DNA of 64,000 bases from Batkoa obscura (GCA_030770535.1 JASVEC010000015.1:868001-932000), one strand, 5' to 3'; counted from the first letter of the stretch, positions 1-13,533 are shown. Program-made: numbers and translations. The notes: generated by a model from the letters alone, not told the origin.

Positions 1-307
1 AATAACAATACCGATTAGATGTATTAGGAAAAAAATACCAAATAATATTTTGTTTATAATCATCGTACATTCGACTAGAATTCCATGATTCGTCAATATA
101 ACTTAAAAGTTCAATTTTATCAATAGGATAGTCAAACGGATGGGCATTAGTATTGTGAATAAAATGGGTTCTATCTAAAGTTTCATCCAAACCCACTTGT
201 TCATCTATCAATGCTTGAATGTGTTTAGAAGATAATTGATAAATACTTTCTGGTTCATTATTATAAAAATGAGATATTAGACTATAAAATATCGCTTCTA
301 TTCGCAT
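1..307 (-). CDS. 5' part of a hypothetical protein running off the window edge
   Basis: ATG at 307 opens a stop-free frame to base 1 (MRIEAIFYSLISHFYNNEPESIYQLSSKHIQALIDEQVGLD...); no recognised family. Confidence 0.55.
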   Translation of the reverse strand, partial: MRIEAIFYSLISHFYNNEPESIYQLSSKHIQALIDEQVGLDETLDRTHFIHNTNAHPFDYPIDKIELLSYIDESWNSSRMYDDYKQNIIWYFFPNTSNRYCY

Positions 308-1269
308 TTTTAAAGTTTAAAAATTTGATATAGAAACTTAATAAAAAGTAAGGTTTAAATTATAGCTTCAGGCTTTTTTAAGTCTACTGCGGTAAAGGAA
401 GTTACTATTCAAGTTGGAAATTATGTGCACATTATAAAAATCAGTGGTTGTAATTTAGCGTTAAGTTGTAAATACAAGCTATAGGATTTAGTCAATTTAT
501 AGACCTTCGTTACTTTATTTGTCAAAACGCTAGCAAAAAGGTTTCATTATTGTTTTGCTAAATAGAGCAACAATTTAATAAATCAGTTTAGTTGTAAGAT
601 AATGCTCAATTAGGACTTTATTCGAAATTAGCAATTTCCTCAGTTAAAGACTGAGAATTGGTTTGCAAATAGTTGTTTTTTTAGAATGGAACTGAAACTT
701 GAAAAATTCATCAAATTCGAAAGATGTTGATAAGAATCTAAAAAAGTTTAATTTCCTTAATCTTTTTATAAGCAATTAATTTTAATTTGTTTTATCATAT
801 TATTAACTTATTATATAATACCCTTGGCTTAATATCTTGGAATATATAGTTACAGATGCTGATATGTACGGATAATAGTTTTAAAATAGCAATTTAGTGA
901 GTTAAAATTTAAGTTACTATTTTAAATTATAATAATTTATTTCAATGTTACTTTATTATATATTAATTACTTATATTGCTTACTGTTATTTTTATACTAT
1001 TAAGACAAGATTAATAATATTAAACTTTGATTAAATAAAAACTGATTCAGAAACTAATTAGAATCAATACTTTAACCTTTTTAGTATAATATCTTTTAAA
1101 ATAAAAATTAAGTTTGTTTTTAAAAAACAAACTTTATAGTAAAAAAGCTATAATTAAAAAAACCTACAACTAAAATTTAATAATTTGCTTAAAAGTATAT
1201 TTCCAAAAGAATTACTTAAATTCAAACAACCATGCTATTAAAATTAAATATGTTTAAATTTATATATAT

Positions 1270-1367
1270 CGTGATGTTTTTTTTGGCTTCATCACTTTTT
1301 CTGTCTTTTAAGCACTATTTGAGTGGAAAAATTGTTAGTAAAATTTTAAATATAAAAATACATCCCC
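1270..1367 (+). mobile_element. MITE family A, copy 1 (98 bp)
   Basis: CGTGATG...CATCCCC ends, shared core (CTTTTAAGCACTATTTGAGTGGAAAAATTGTTAGTAAAATT), ATAT on both flanks. Confidence 0.85.
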
Positions 1368-2066
1368 ATATTGTGTTTTAGTGCAAAGTATAAAAAAACC
1401 TTTTAATATAATATTTTTTTTAGACTATTTTAAGATTATTTTTTAATAAAATTATCAAGTCTTTTTATAAATATCTTATAAAAATATATAGTAATATCTT
1501 TTATTTTATCTTATGTAATTTATAGTTTATTATATAAAAGTAAATAAATAATTTTTTTAATTAATAAGCTCTAATAACATAATCATAGCTAAAATAGATT
1601 CAAATTATAAAAAATAACATAACTAAAAAGTACTATTAAAAATATTTTTTCAAAAAAGCAGTTATAATTTAAAAGAATAGTAATATTAATATTAAATTCC
1701 CTTAACAAGTGCAAAATCTTTTACACCTTTTAAAATTTAATCTTATTTTGAAAAGAGCTATTACCAAGCTAATTTTTAAAAACAAGGTTATTTTGAACAA
1801 AATTTATTAGTAAAACTAAATTCGGAAAAAATCATGACAGGGTATCCTATATCCTGTCCTTGACGCCAAAAAGACTGGACAATATTATAAAAAAGCACAT
1901 TACCTAAAAGTTCCTAACCCTTTATATGTTAATAACTCTCAATACTTTCCATAAAAATACATAGCTCAACTATTTGATACTATGTAAATTTCTACAACTA
2001 TTATTAATCATAAATTAAATAATAGTCATTCAAATAATAACCACTATATTAATATTTTTTAATCGA

Positions 2067-2152
2067 AAAGTGGGTATTTTAACTTTGTTACCTAGATTTA
2101 AAAATGATGCCATAGCTCTATTTTTTTATAGCAAATTTAAAATGCCCAGTTT
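2067..2152. repeat. 24-bp imperfect inverted repeat, possible small MITE
   Basis: AAAGTGGGTATTTTAACTTTGTTA (2067-2090) vs reverse complement of 2129-2152, AAACTGGGCATTTTAAATTTGCTA: 20/24 matches. Confidence 0.55.
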
Positions 2153-2436
2153 ACATTTAAAAAAAGATAATATCTATAATAATCGCAACTAAGGCCAAGC
2201 ACAAGTGAATGACACTTTACCAACTAAATTATGTTTGATTGGATTATAATTAAGCTTGGCAAATGGAGACAAATAAAAATTAAAGAAGCCTCAATAATTG
2301 GTTAAGATGTGTAAAAAGTTTTTAAATTATCCACCAAATGGAATACTTGATTGAAAAAACAAGTCACGAAATTAATAAATAGAAACTTAAATTCATTGCT
2401 TTTAATTTCAATTAATTTTTGATCAATCAATTACAA

Positions 2437-4243
2437 ATGAATCCAAATAACAGTAATAATAATCCTTTCTATACCCCTTTAGATGACGATGAGGTTAACC
2501 CTTTTCAAACAATGAATAGTAACCCTTTTTATCAAAATAGTCATAATAATAATCAACAACAATCTAATCAACGTAACACAATCAATGATGCTTTTAGTGG
2601 AAATGAGGGTCTTTCTAATGATTTGATGCCACAAAGGGTAAAGGAAGAGAATCATAATCAAAATCAAACTAATGCTAGTGGATTTGAGACCAATTTTAAT
2701 GATGGGCTTACTGTAAATAATAATATTATTAATAATGATGATGTACATTCCGAAGCTTTGAGGAATTTAAAAGAAATATGTCCAACAATTGATACTGAAG
2801 TATTGGAGTTAATCTTACAAAATAATGATAATAATCTAGAAAAAAGTATTAATGAAGCTTTAACTTTATCCGATCCAAGCTATGTTCCTCCAACTACAGT
2901 ATCTCATCAGGATAATACTCAAGTAAGTTACTAATTTGTTTTTTCTTTTTAATTTGAAACAAAATTTAAAAAAACATAGTTACTAATCTGAATTTTCAAT
3001 AAATTAGCAAATAAGTGATGAACAATTAGCAAGAAGTATACAAGAAGAAGAAAATCGAGTGAATAAATTCCATCAAACTCAAAATGATGAAGCTTATGCA
3101 AGAGCTATTTTAGCGGCAGAGCAACAGTATGTTAATGGTAAATAGAAAGTTTATATTTTTATATTTGTAATATGAATAATGTTTTTTATTAAGATATTAG
3201 ACAACAAAGAGAGGATTCAAGACAACGCAATGAAAGAATAGATAGAAACGAAAGAGGAGAATCGGGTGAGCTTATTTTAATCTTTAAATAAGAAGAATAG
3301 TAAAACTAATGAATATATTAGAATCTGACAATAATATTAGTAAAATACTTGAGTGTAAGTAAATTAAAATAGTCGTTTTAATATGTTAATAATTGATAAT
3401 AATTTATTTTATTAGCAACTAAAAAAAAATTCATGGGATTGTTTAAAAGTAAAAGTGAAGAAGATAATTATCATCGTCCGTTAAAGTAAGTCTTATTAAT
3501 TTTATTTAATAAATAAGTACTAATAAGTTTTTTTTATAGTGATGATCAATCTGTTCATTCCGAATTAAGTCATAATAATCCAAACACAACTTCAACATTA
3601 AGAAATAATAATAATAATCAACAATACAATCTACAAAATGAAGTTACTTTGGGTAGGTTTAATAAATATTAATATTAATCAATTTTATTCTATTGAATAG
3701 AAAGAAGAGATAATCCTAATATAAACAACCGATATAATAATAACAATAATAATTTATTAAATGATGATATATCCGAAGATATGATACCTATTAAACCTAT
3801 ATCTCATTTAAATAATGAAGGAAATTATTATAACCAAAATAATAATTTTAATATAAATGGTAAACAATTTTTATATCTTTGTATTACTTATTGAATGTTA
3901 AGATTTATTAATAATTCTATTTATTTTAGATCCTGTTAGATCCGTTAGTCCATCAACGAACAAGAATAAAAGTTTAAATACTAGTGGTAATAATAATCAG
4001 GATTTATTTGAAAGTAATGTAGTATTTGAGGAAAATCATAGTATGTATTATCATTAATATATTAAATATATGAGTACTAATAAATGAATTATTTTAGATA
4101 ATTATAATAACAACAACAATAATAATCATAATATTACTACAAGTAATAGCAATATAGTCTCTCAAGATCAAGTAGAGTTTGATAGCAATCCATTTTTAAA
4201 TTCGGATGATTTCAAGAACAGAAAGAAATCAAATTTTCATTAA
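2437..4243 (+). CDS. CUE-domain ubiquitin-binding protein (Cue5/TOLLIP-like), multi-exon
   Basis: Exon 1 has a CUE motif (ALRNLKEICPTIDTEVLELILQNNDNNLEKSINEALTL). Exon 2 has DEQLARSIQEEE / DEAYARAILAAE. N-rich tail with NPF motifs; GT-AG introns; TAA at 4241-4243. Confidence 0.75.
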
Positions 4244-4548
4244 TTTTTTGATAGTCTTGACGTCAATATGGAGCTATTCTTATTTCTTTTAATAAATATT
4301 TTATTTTATTTCTTATTTTATTTTTTATTCTATAACTTGTATTTCTATTCTTAAATTTGTATTTCTAAGGAAATACTTTTTTTAATTACGTTGATAATCC
4401 AAGTTAAAGCATTTATATTATTGGCTAAAGTAATGAGAAGCTAAGAAACTAAGTAAAAAATGAAAATTCAATTTAAAAGTTCAAAATTTAAATTCTTTTA
4501 TTTTTATAATATACAAATTTAACATAATCAACAATAAAATAAGACCAA

Positions 4549-6866
4549 ATGGAAGAAAGTTTTAATATAACTATTTTAAGTGACTTAATTGGATATCGTA
4601 TTGATAGTATGGAATTATTAATTGAGGGGTTTAAAGATTTAAGTAAAAAAATTAAATTTGAAAAAAAAGAAGGTAAATCAAATGTTGTTAAAGCAGTAGA
4701 ATTATATATTTAATCTCAGTTTAAAAGTAAAAAAACTAATTCAATTTCAATTCTTTTAGTAATTCAAGAAACCATCACGAAATTATCGCTTTCTGGTTTA
4801 TTTTCATTAATCATTTCAGATGGAGCGCCATTAAATTTAACCGAAGCTGTAGCTGAATTATTGAAGATTTATTTTGATACTTTACCAGTTGAATTTTTAT
4901 TTACTAAAGAATTTAGAGTAAGTTAAATAATTCATTATAATTTAATTCCATTTATCAATAATTAATTTTATCTAATAGCTTTACCTTATCAATGGATTAT
5001 CTAGTAGTCATATTGCGGTTAGAGAATTAACTTTAGATCAATTATTGAGAGTAGATTATGGACAGGAAATACCAGTAACATTTTACTTTTATTCTATTTG
5101 TTATAATAATTAATAATGATATTTTATTACTAGTTTGATAAAGAAATCTTATATTTAATATTTGAATGTTTAAAGTTCGAAGAGATCATTATAGCTGATA
5201 AAGCAGGCTTACTAATTCAAGCGGTAAAATAGAATTCAATAACAAGTTGAGTGTTCTATTTATTAACTTGTTTATTTTTAGATTACAAAAAGTGAAAAGA
5301 ATTTTGAATCAATAATGAAAGATAATGAAATTATTAAAAAATTAGAAAGATTAACTAAAAAGTAAGTTCAAATTCTATAAAAATTATTTAATTTAATATA
5401 TTAATATTCTTTTATTTTATTAGTTCAATTACTCAAATAAGAACAATTGAATTGTTATTAAAATTATTATTAAATCAAGAAAATCAATTTGAATTAAGAT
5501 TCAAACTATTGCAAGAAAACTTAATTGTCAATCAACTATTTCCAATTAATTTAATTAAAAATCAATCCGACTTGTTATTAAGATTAAATTTAATGGAATT
5601 ATATATCAAAGTAATTAAATCATTAATAATAAGTAGAATTTATTTAATATGTTAATTTTGTTTTATTTTAGTTTATCCCTGATTCTAACTTTCAACAATT
5701 ATTATTAAAAAATGAGATATTAGAATTTTTAATAAGTTCATATCCCTTAACAACAATTCCAGCAGTTAATGAATGGGACCCGTTATTATTAACATCAGAT
5801 CTAAAATTAATTGGATTAGCTAATTCTCATTTAGTTCAATCAAATGAAGTAAAATAGTTTAAATTTAATTTATAATAGAATGAAATATTAATAAGATTAC
5901 TTTATTTAATTAGATAACTAATTTATCTACAAAAACAATTAATTTATTTTTATTTTTATTACAACAAGATATTAATGTGGAATTAAAAGTAAGTTAAGTA
6001 ATAATAAAATAGAACAAAATAAAATAATATATTGCTTTTTAGATTTCCTGTTTAAAAGCAATTACTTGTATGGCACAAACATATCATGGTGTATTGTTAT
6101 TAACTAATAATCACTCATTAATGAAATTATTAGCTAACGCTTTTTTTTATTTGGTGGGAGATGCTAGAATTATTGGTTTGAATTGTTTATCAAGTATTTT
6201 TGGGGTTGAGTAAGTAATAATAAAATAATAATGTATATAATTATATTAATATTTAATTAAACAAATAGTAAACAACCAAATGAAAAACTATCTGCTGGTT
6301 GTGAAATTTTAACTGATTATTTACAAGGTAATTTATAATAATATTAATAACTTCATTAATTTTATTATTAATTTTATAGAATATTTAAAAATACCATTTG
6401 ATATATTAAGATATTGTTCAAATCCAAGTGTAGAAATTAAAATTGCTGCTTATCGATTATTATATACTATCTCATTACATCGTTTTGGTTGTGAGGTAAA
6501 TTAATGACTATTTTATATTATGTATATAAAATTAATATAAATATAAATATTAATATATATTATTTTTATTTAGTTAATAATGAATGATAAAAAAAGTATG
6601 GATAAATTATTAGATCGTAATATGGAATCCGAATTAGAAGGATTGGTAAGTTAATATATGAATATGTATTTTAATAAGATATAAAATAATTATTAATATT
6701 TTATTTTGAATTGTAGAAATGGAAATATTCCATTATCAATAATTTAGCAACAAATGCTTCATTAAATATAATTTCTCCACAATTAAAAGAACAATTGGAT
6801 CTTTATTTAAAACAAGGAATTGTTTATTCCACTTTCGCACCAAGGGTAGAATTAGATATGGCTTAA
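4549..6866 (+). CDS. PSMD5: 26S proteasome assembly chaperone PSMD5/Hsm3-like, many short exons
   Basis: Spliced exons give GLSSSHIAVRELTL, LLDRNMESELEGL-KWKYSIINNL and C-terminal QLDLYLKQGIVY, typical of PSMD5; stop at 6864-6866. Confidence 0.7.
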
Positions 6867-7014
6867 AATCTTAAAACAGAGAATCTTGACATTTTTATAA
6901 GTAAAATAAGTCAGCATTTAAAATTATAACTATTATTTATTTTATACTATTTTTATTAAAGTTTATAAAAATGAGGATTTTGTATATATTTGTTATATGT
7001 ATTATTGAACTAAA

Positions 7015-7377
7015 TTAAAATAAAGCAAACCAAAGAAAAAAGATACCAGATGCAATAACAAAAGCTAAAATTAAGGTATCTCTTCGTCGACGGATTGAGA
7101 TTCGATTAATAATGCCATTGATACTGGGTAAACTATCTATAAAAAATTAAAATAAATTTAATGAATAAATAAATGTTATTGTTAAATAAACACTAAAGCA
7201 TACTTATTAATCCTCCAACTCTATTAGTAGAATTTAAAATAGAATGACCTTGTTCACTTAGTTCATTACGAATAGCAAAAGCTTGACTATTAATATATAT
7301 GTTAATCATAAATCAATAAAAAAAATTTAAAAAACATTATTCCCAACTCCTATATTTAATATATATCTCTTAACTTT

Positions 7378-7416
<39 letters not shown>

Positions 7417-8245
7417 CTACTTACTTTAAAGTAGCATCTGTCATTTCATATGAATTATCGATCACTCCTCTTTCTCCTAAAAAGTAATCCGTTTCATTTT
7501 CATTCTCAATGCCTTGTAAACGTTCTCTAGCAGATAATGGTTTTTTACTATTATTAATAGGATTATTAAGTGAGGTTTAATTTGATAATGAGATATTGAT
7601 AATTAATTTTACTTAAATAAAACTTACTTTAAAAATAATTCATTTCTTGTGGAAGTTTCTACAGCTTTTTTCTAATTAAAATTAAATAAAAGTTAGATTA
7701 ATTGCTTCTTTTTTATTAATTAAAAATTTAATATTCTTCTTTTTCTTTTATTGAGAATTCAAAATAAAATTAACTTACTGATACTCGTTCTAATTGTCTT
7801 GAAAAATTAATGTATTTCTCTCGACTTCTTTTAACTAAATAACCTCGATTATCTTGTCCATTATTATTCAAACTTAAATCTTGTTCCATAATCGTGAGTG
7901 ATTGATCCAACTAAAATTTAGAAAGATCAGGAATTAGATAGATATAACCAATATTTAATATATCGTTAATTATAATTTTAAAGATTGAAGTTAGGAAATT
8001 AAAATCAAACTACCTACTTGTTCCATCTTTTGTTTTATTTTTTCCATTTCTTCTTCTTCATTGAAATTTGAATTACTACTGCCTATTTCTTCTTCTTCAT
8101 TGAAATTTGAATTACTACTGCCTATTTCTTCCCCTTCCTTTTCTTTTTTTAAATAAAACTGATTGATACTACTTAATTTAAGTTCAATTTCTCGTGTTAA
8201 TTTTTTACTCTCCTTTGTCAGCTCAGTCCATTCTGTTGAAGTCAT
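7015..8245 (-). CDS. GOS1: Golgi SNARE Gos1/GS28, multi-exon
   Basis: N-terminus WTELTKESKKLTREIELKL; C-terminus PSINGIINRISIRRRRDTLILAFVIASGIFFLWFALF* (SNARE tail anchor). Confidence 0.85.
7380..7413. repeat. (AAT)n microsatellite in a GOS1 intron
   Basis: About 11 perfect AAT units. Confidence 0.9.
8046..8131. repeat. 39-bp exact tandem duplication in GOS1 exon 1
   Basis: ATTTCTTCTTCTTCATTGAAATTTGAATTACTACTGCCT at 8046 and 8085 plus a partial third copy; encodes a repeated 13-aa IGSSNSNFNEEEE unit. Confidence 0.9.
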
Positions 8246-8459
8246 TGTTTGAATGTTTGTTTTTAATTTTTTAAAAAAGATAAAATTGATTCTTCACACA
8301 TTTGATAATTTAAACTTCATCAAATAGGCCACATCATTAAAATTTTACAAACTTGGCATTTATTTAACTCAAAAAAAATTCAAACTTTTTAAAAATATCA
8401 ATAATAAAAGCAATAAAAATTCTACACTTTTAAAATAAAAATAGTATATTTATTTAGCC

Positions 8460-10334
8460 TTAATTAATAAGTTTTCCCAATACAGTTTCTGGGGCATATT
8501 TTTGAACTACGTCTGGTTTATGTAACATATTAAATTCTTCACTAGCATCTCTACCGGCGAACAATAAGATCGCTTTTTTACCCCCTGGATGATCATGCAT
8601 GAATTTGGTAACATCTAACACTTGTCCATTGACAACAACCCAACAATCATCCTCTTTATTATGTTGATTCACTTCAGAAAGTGATATACTTTTATCTCCT
8701 CCTGATTTCCTTTCCTCTTCTTTTCTACCTTTTTCTTCACCAACATTAATTGTATCTACATCGACTTTATTGTCACTGGTAACATTATTGTGATCTTGTT
8801 GTTGGTTAGATGACCCAGGCCATGTAAGTTCGAGAGTAACTTTATTATTCTCTGGATTAACATTGACACTAGCTTGTACACCATTAGGACTAAGATGACC
8901 ACGAATATTGTCTAGGCGATTGACAGCATGACTATCACTGTTTGATGCTAATTTCGAATATTGATAACGACATGCTGAAGAACCAGCTACTCTACCATAA
9001 ACAACACAAGTCAGTAAAGCTGAACCACCAAGTCTATTAGCTCCATGGATACCACCTGCTACTTCACCAGCAGCAAATAAACCTTCAATTGGATTGGATT
9101 CTTTTAATACTTGAGCTTGATCATTGATCTTAACACCACCCATAGTAAAATGAAGTACTGGAGTCATGTGAGCTACATAAAAAGTATCATCCATGTTAAA
9201 ATTATAGTTATGGAAATATTTCTTTTTAAATTCATCCTTCTTTGATTCAGCACCACGTACATAATCTTTAAATGTTTTTTCAAGTACTGAGGGATCACAA
9301 CCAATTTCTTTAGCTAAAGCTTTACCACCTTCGAACTTGAACATAAGGCCACGGCCCATGTAATGTTTAATATGCCATTCAATTTCTTTACCAGCTGCTG
9401 AATTTAGTACTAAACGAACTGGTCCCTTTGTTTTCCAAATTTCACCAGTAACAAAATCACGATGTTGAAGCTCATCAACAAAACGTTTACCTTCTCCATT
9501 AATAAGTAAACCACCAACACCACGTAAAGCTTCAGCTGCCAAAAATTTAACTTTAGCTTGAGGATCTTTTGGATCAACGAGACCTGTTGGGTGAACTTGT
9601 ACTTTTTCAAGATCGACAGCACTACCACCAATTTCCATTACCATTTTTAAGCCATCACCAGTACAATGATCTCCATTGGTTGTTGGTAATTCATAGATAT
9701 CTGGACGATGTTTTTTGAGTACAGAGTTATCAGTGAAATCAGCGGCATAACCACCAGTAGCTAAAATGACTGGACCATATTGTGAAAAATTTTTACCTTC
9801 TTTTTCAACTTCAACCCCAATAACTTGGTTATTAGAATCTTTAATTAACTTAACGACTCTTGCTTTGTTATGGATCTTTACACGCTTTGGTTCAGTCTTG
9901 GAAAGTTCTTCCAACTTCTCCATCAAAGCATAAGTGATTGTCATACCTGGAAATCTTTCTTTACCACGGTGAGTACGTGGTTCTGAGTGTCCACCTAAAC
10001 GAGAAATCAAAGAAAGATCTAAAGAGAAGCGTTCTTTAAGCCATTCAACAGCAGAAGCTGAGCTGTATGTGAGTACTTTGATAAGGTCAGGTCTAGCAAG
10101 ATCACGAGCGGATTTAAGAGTGTCATTATAGAAAAGCTCAGCACTATCTGGTACCTTTTGTTGAACTTGAGTTTGAGTTAAAGCACCATTAATACCCGAG
10201 GTTGCTTTAGTACTATTGCCACCAAAGAAAGCACTTTTATCAATTACACATACATTACCTCCTTGTTCATAGACAGTATGGGCTGCTGAAAGACCAGCTA
10301 AACCACCACCAACGACAATAATTTGTTGTGACAT
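8460..10334 (-). CDS. OSM1: FAD-dependent soluble fumarate reductase (flavocytochrome c/Osm1-type) fused to C-terminal cytochrome b5; intronless
   Basis: GGGLAG FAD motif, QVHPTG, AEALRG, HFTMGG, GIHGANRLGG; C-terminal b5 heme motif HPGG. Confidence 0.93.
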   Translation of the reverse strand: MSQQIIVVGGGLAGLSAAHTVYEQGGNVCVIDKSAFFGGNSTKATSGINGALTQTQVQQKVPDSAELFYNDTLKSARDLARPDLIKVLTYSSASAVEWLKERFSLDLSLISRLGGHSEPRTHRGKERFPGMTITYALMEKLEELSKTEPKRVKIHNKARVVKLIKDSNNQVIGVEVEKEGKNFSQYGPVILATGGYAADFTDNSVLKKHRPDIYELPTTNGDHCTGDGLKMVMEIGGSAVDLEKVQVHPTGLVDPKDPQAKVKFLAAEALRGVGGLLINGEGKRFVDELQHRDFVTGEIWKTKGPVRLVLNSAAGKEIEWHIKHYMGRGLMFKFEGGKALAKEIGCDPSVLEKTFKDYVRGAESKKDEFKKKYFHNYNFNMDDTFYVAHMTPVLHFTMGGVKINDQAQVLKESNPIEGLFAAGEVAGGIHGANRLGGSALLTCVVYGRVAGSSACRYQYSKLASNSDSHAVNRLDNIRGHLSPNGVQASVNVNPENNKVTLELTWPGSSNQQQDHNNVTSDNKVDVDTINVGEEKGRKEEERKSGGDKSISLSEVNQHNKEDDCWVVVNGQVLDVTKFMHDHPGGKKAILLFAGRDASEEFNMLHKPDVVQKYAPETVLGKLIN

Positions 10335-11138
10335 TTTTTATAAATACTTTTTTATTTAAAAGATAATTGATGTAAATTGATTATTCTTCTTTTTATATCA
10401 TTAATCTAATCAATGTAACATCTTTGGCAGGATCTAAATGAAGGATCATTGGCTGGGGTAAAAACAATTTTAATGCTTTTTAAACGTCACACCCTTCCTT
10501 ATGACTGCTTTTGGTTATTGAATTCTAACTTTTTCATCCAACCTATTGTATATCAGTATTTCATCACTATTGATAAATAATTGGTTTTTTAACTTAACTT
10601 TTTTTTTCACATGTATAAAATTGAAACTTTTCTTTTTAAATGGTTTCATTAAAAACTAAGCTACTGGTATATCATGAAGTCCTTTGTAAGTATTAATAGA
10701 ATATTAGTTGACTAAAATGATGAATTTAGATCCCTAATTAAGGGCTGAAACAGTAAGTTTGACCATAATGCTAAGCTCACCATAAAATGCCAACTATTTT
10801 ATTATAGTTTTAATTTAGGAAAGATCTTTTGAAATCGAATTGATTTTTTACTAGAAAGAATATAATTTTAAAATTGTCTATCCCTTATTATTATAAGCAA
10901 CGTTCCAACTAGAAGATTGATATAATAGGTCTAAGTCATAAGCTTTACAATAATAGTTATCAAAAATAGTACTGGAATTTAGAGTATAAACTTCATTAGT
11001 ATCTGAGTTGAAATCCATATTGTTAACCAAATTATTATGTTGTAACATTTTACTATCGATCTTATGGAGTTTAACCTTGATCGATCTTTATATAATTATT
11101 TTTAAATATAAATAATGTAGGTAAATACCGGCCAAGTT

Positions 11139-11212
11139 GCTTCGGTAGTGTAGTTGGTTATCACGTCACCCTTACAAGGTGAAGGTCTCCAGTTCGAACC
11201 TGGGCTGAAGCA
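11139..11212 (+). tRNA. tRNA-Val (anticodon TAC)
   Basis: Acceptor GCTTCGG/CTGAAGC, anticodon arm TCACC-CTTACAA-GGTGA, GTTCGAA T-loop, downstream T-run terminator. Confidence 0.95.
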
Positions 11213-12006
11213 TCAAATAGAAACACTATTTTTTTTTACGTCTTTAAAATAATGTATTGTATTTTTAAAACAATAACTAATTATAATTTTAAATTAAATA
11301 CTGATATTTTTTAATATATCAGGTAAATTAATATAAGTTATTGTTTAATAAAAAATAATAAAATAGCCAAAAAAATAGTATTAAATATGCTATCTTTTTT
11401 ACTAGTGCTTGAGTTATTGTTATTTTATTGCTAAAGTTATTATTAAGTATACTGCTTATTTTGCTTTTTTATTTACTTATGTTAACTTTTAAAAGCAAAG
11501 TTTGTTTGAATAAAACCATATTTTAAAAGGATTTTTAATATAAAATCTTTTCATATTCTGTTTACATGTTTATAGCTTTTTGATTTACATCAGTTATATC
11601 ATCATTAAAAACAGCATATCAGGGTTTACATAGCTGTTTATTCTTTTCTGACTCCAGCTAGTCCCACGGTTATCATAACACTGGTCATTTGAAATAGAAA
11701 GCAAACTAGAGAATATAAAGTTTTAATGCATATTGTTAAAAATCATAAAAAAGTTTTTTTGAAGTTTATAAAGGCAACTAAAAAAACAAAAACAATTATT
11801 TAGAATAAGCCAATAATTAGGGCTAAAATTTTCAATCTCTATTTTTATTATGTAAATAAAATTCTTGATATCAACAAAAATTTCAAAATAAAACTCAGAA
11901 AATTATTTCATTTGATCATTAAATTAATTCATCAATTCTAAATTCTAAATGATTTGTTTTGCCAAAAATCAAGACACAAAACTTTTCAATTCCTTATAAA
12001 AAAAGA

Positions 12007-13533
12007 ATGTCGTATCACACCAAGACCATGGAAGAGCGTAGCCGTGACTTAAAGCGAATCATATCAGATTGTCAACTTGTATTTGAAGAGCCTGAAAATA
12101 GCGAAAATTGGGATAAATATGAGAGCAAAATGAAATTATTAAAAACAATCTTAATCAAAGATGAAGGTTATTTTGAGTGTCCAAACAGTAAAGATTTATT
12201 ATTTAGTATTGTAGAAACCTTAAAAAATTCCATCTTAACGGATCGAACTAAACTATCATTAGCAACTCAAGATTTAGTCAGTGTATTGGCTCAAGGCTTA
12301 AAAGGAAAATTTCAATTATTTATACCATATATCGTCCCTGCTTTGTTGAAAATATTGGGTAAAAATCGAGTTATTAGAGAAAGAGGACATGTTACATTAT
12401 CTAACATAGTAGTTAGCTTTCCTTATAAAGAGATGATATTCGAATTTTTAAAGGTTCTAAAAGATAGTAATTCAAATACTTTTGTTAGGGAATCTTGCAT
12501 TATACTTATTGATTATTTTATTTATGTTTCAACAAAGAGAAGTATAATTGAGTTTCAAATTCCTATTGAAAAAGCAATTGGTTTTGCTTTATCAGATAAA
12601 GATAATAATATTCGTAATATTACTAAACATACATATCAATTATATATAGCTCGTTGTTCAATCGAACGAATTAAATCACTAAATGATAGTATTGAAGAAG
12701 ATGTATTAAATAAACTAGAAAAGAATCCATATCCAAAGCTAATTAGAAAATTAAATCGACCAATTAAAGTATTTAATAGAGATGAAGATATAGAAGAAAA
12801 GGGTAAAAGAACACATGAAGATATGGATGGTAAGTTAGTGGAGGCTATAGATCAAGAAGACAAACCAAAATATAGAAAGTTGGTTCCTCAATTTCCCATA
12901 CCTACTTACAATTGGGTCAAACCTAAAGTAAAATCATATCGCACTCCAGATAAATTATTAAAACTTAGTAGTAATAATAGCAACAACCAAACACCAACTA
13001 AAGTAAATCAAGAGGATAAGAAAACTGATAAAGGTAATAACCAAGATGTAACTGTTTTTGGAAAAGATTCATATAATAAAGAAAATTTAATTGATAATGA
13101 TTTAAATACAATGAGAGAAGAAGTAATTGTTGATATTGAAGCAGCAGATAAATTAATAACTCAAAATAATAAAAGTATCGAAATAACTAAAACAAATAAC
13201 AACAATATTAATGGTCAAAAAGAAGATGAGCTCAATAAAGAAAAGGATATTCAAGATTTAACTTATGAAAACAGAATGATGAATCCAATATTAAAGCCAA
13301 GCAATCGAAGGATGAAGGATGAAGACTTGACCGGCTATTTTGGTAATAAACATATTTTACCAATTAGTAATTGTTTATCTTGTAGAGAATTTGTTTATCA
13401 AATTCCACCACCTTTGAAATCAGAAGAAATATTAACTATTTGTCATCCTCATCGTTTGATGGCTAAAAATTTAAATAAATTGGCAATAGAGGAAGAGTTT
13501 GATCAAATGATTGGAATTGTAAAACATAAATAA
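12007..13533 (+). CDS. CLASP/Stu1 N-terminal (TOG/HEAT) domain protein; intronless
   Basis: FEEPENSENWDK...ILTDRTKLS...ALSDKDNNIR resembles CLASP_N; low-complexity C-terminal half; first in-frame ATG at 12007. Confidence 0.75.
   Translation: MSYHTKTMEERSRDLKRIISDCQLVFEEPENSENWDKYESKMKLLKTILIKDEGYFECPNSKDLLFSIVETLKNSILTDRTKLSLATQDLVSVLAQGLKGKFQLFIPYIVPALLKILGKNRVIRERGHVTLSNIVVSFPYKEMIFEFLKVLKDSNSNTFVRESCIILIDYFIYVSTKRSIIEFQIPIEKAIGFALSDKDNNIRNITKHTYQLYIARCSIERIKSLNDSIEEDVLNKLEKNPYPKLIRKLNRPIKVFNRDEDIEEKGKRTHEDMDGKLVEAIDQEDKPKYRKLVPQFPIPTYNWVKPKVKSYRTPDKLLKLSSNNSNNQTPTKVNQEDKKTDKGNNQDVTVFGKDSYNKENLIDNDLNTMREEVIVDIEAADKLITQNNKSIEITKTNNNNINGQKEDELNKEKDIQDLTYENRMMNPILKPSNRRMKDEDLTGYFGNKHILPISNCLSCREFVYQIPPPLKSEEILTICHPHRLMAKNLNKLAIEEEFDQMIGIVKHK

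Noticed and set aside
8460..10334. Fumarate reductase-cytochrome b5 fusion as a novelty
   Set aside because: Known architecture in fungi.
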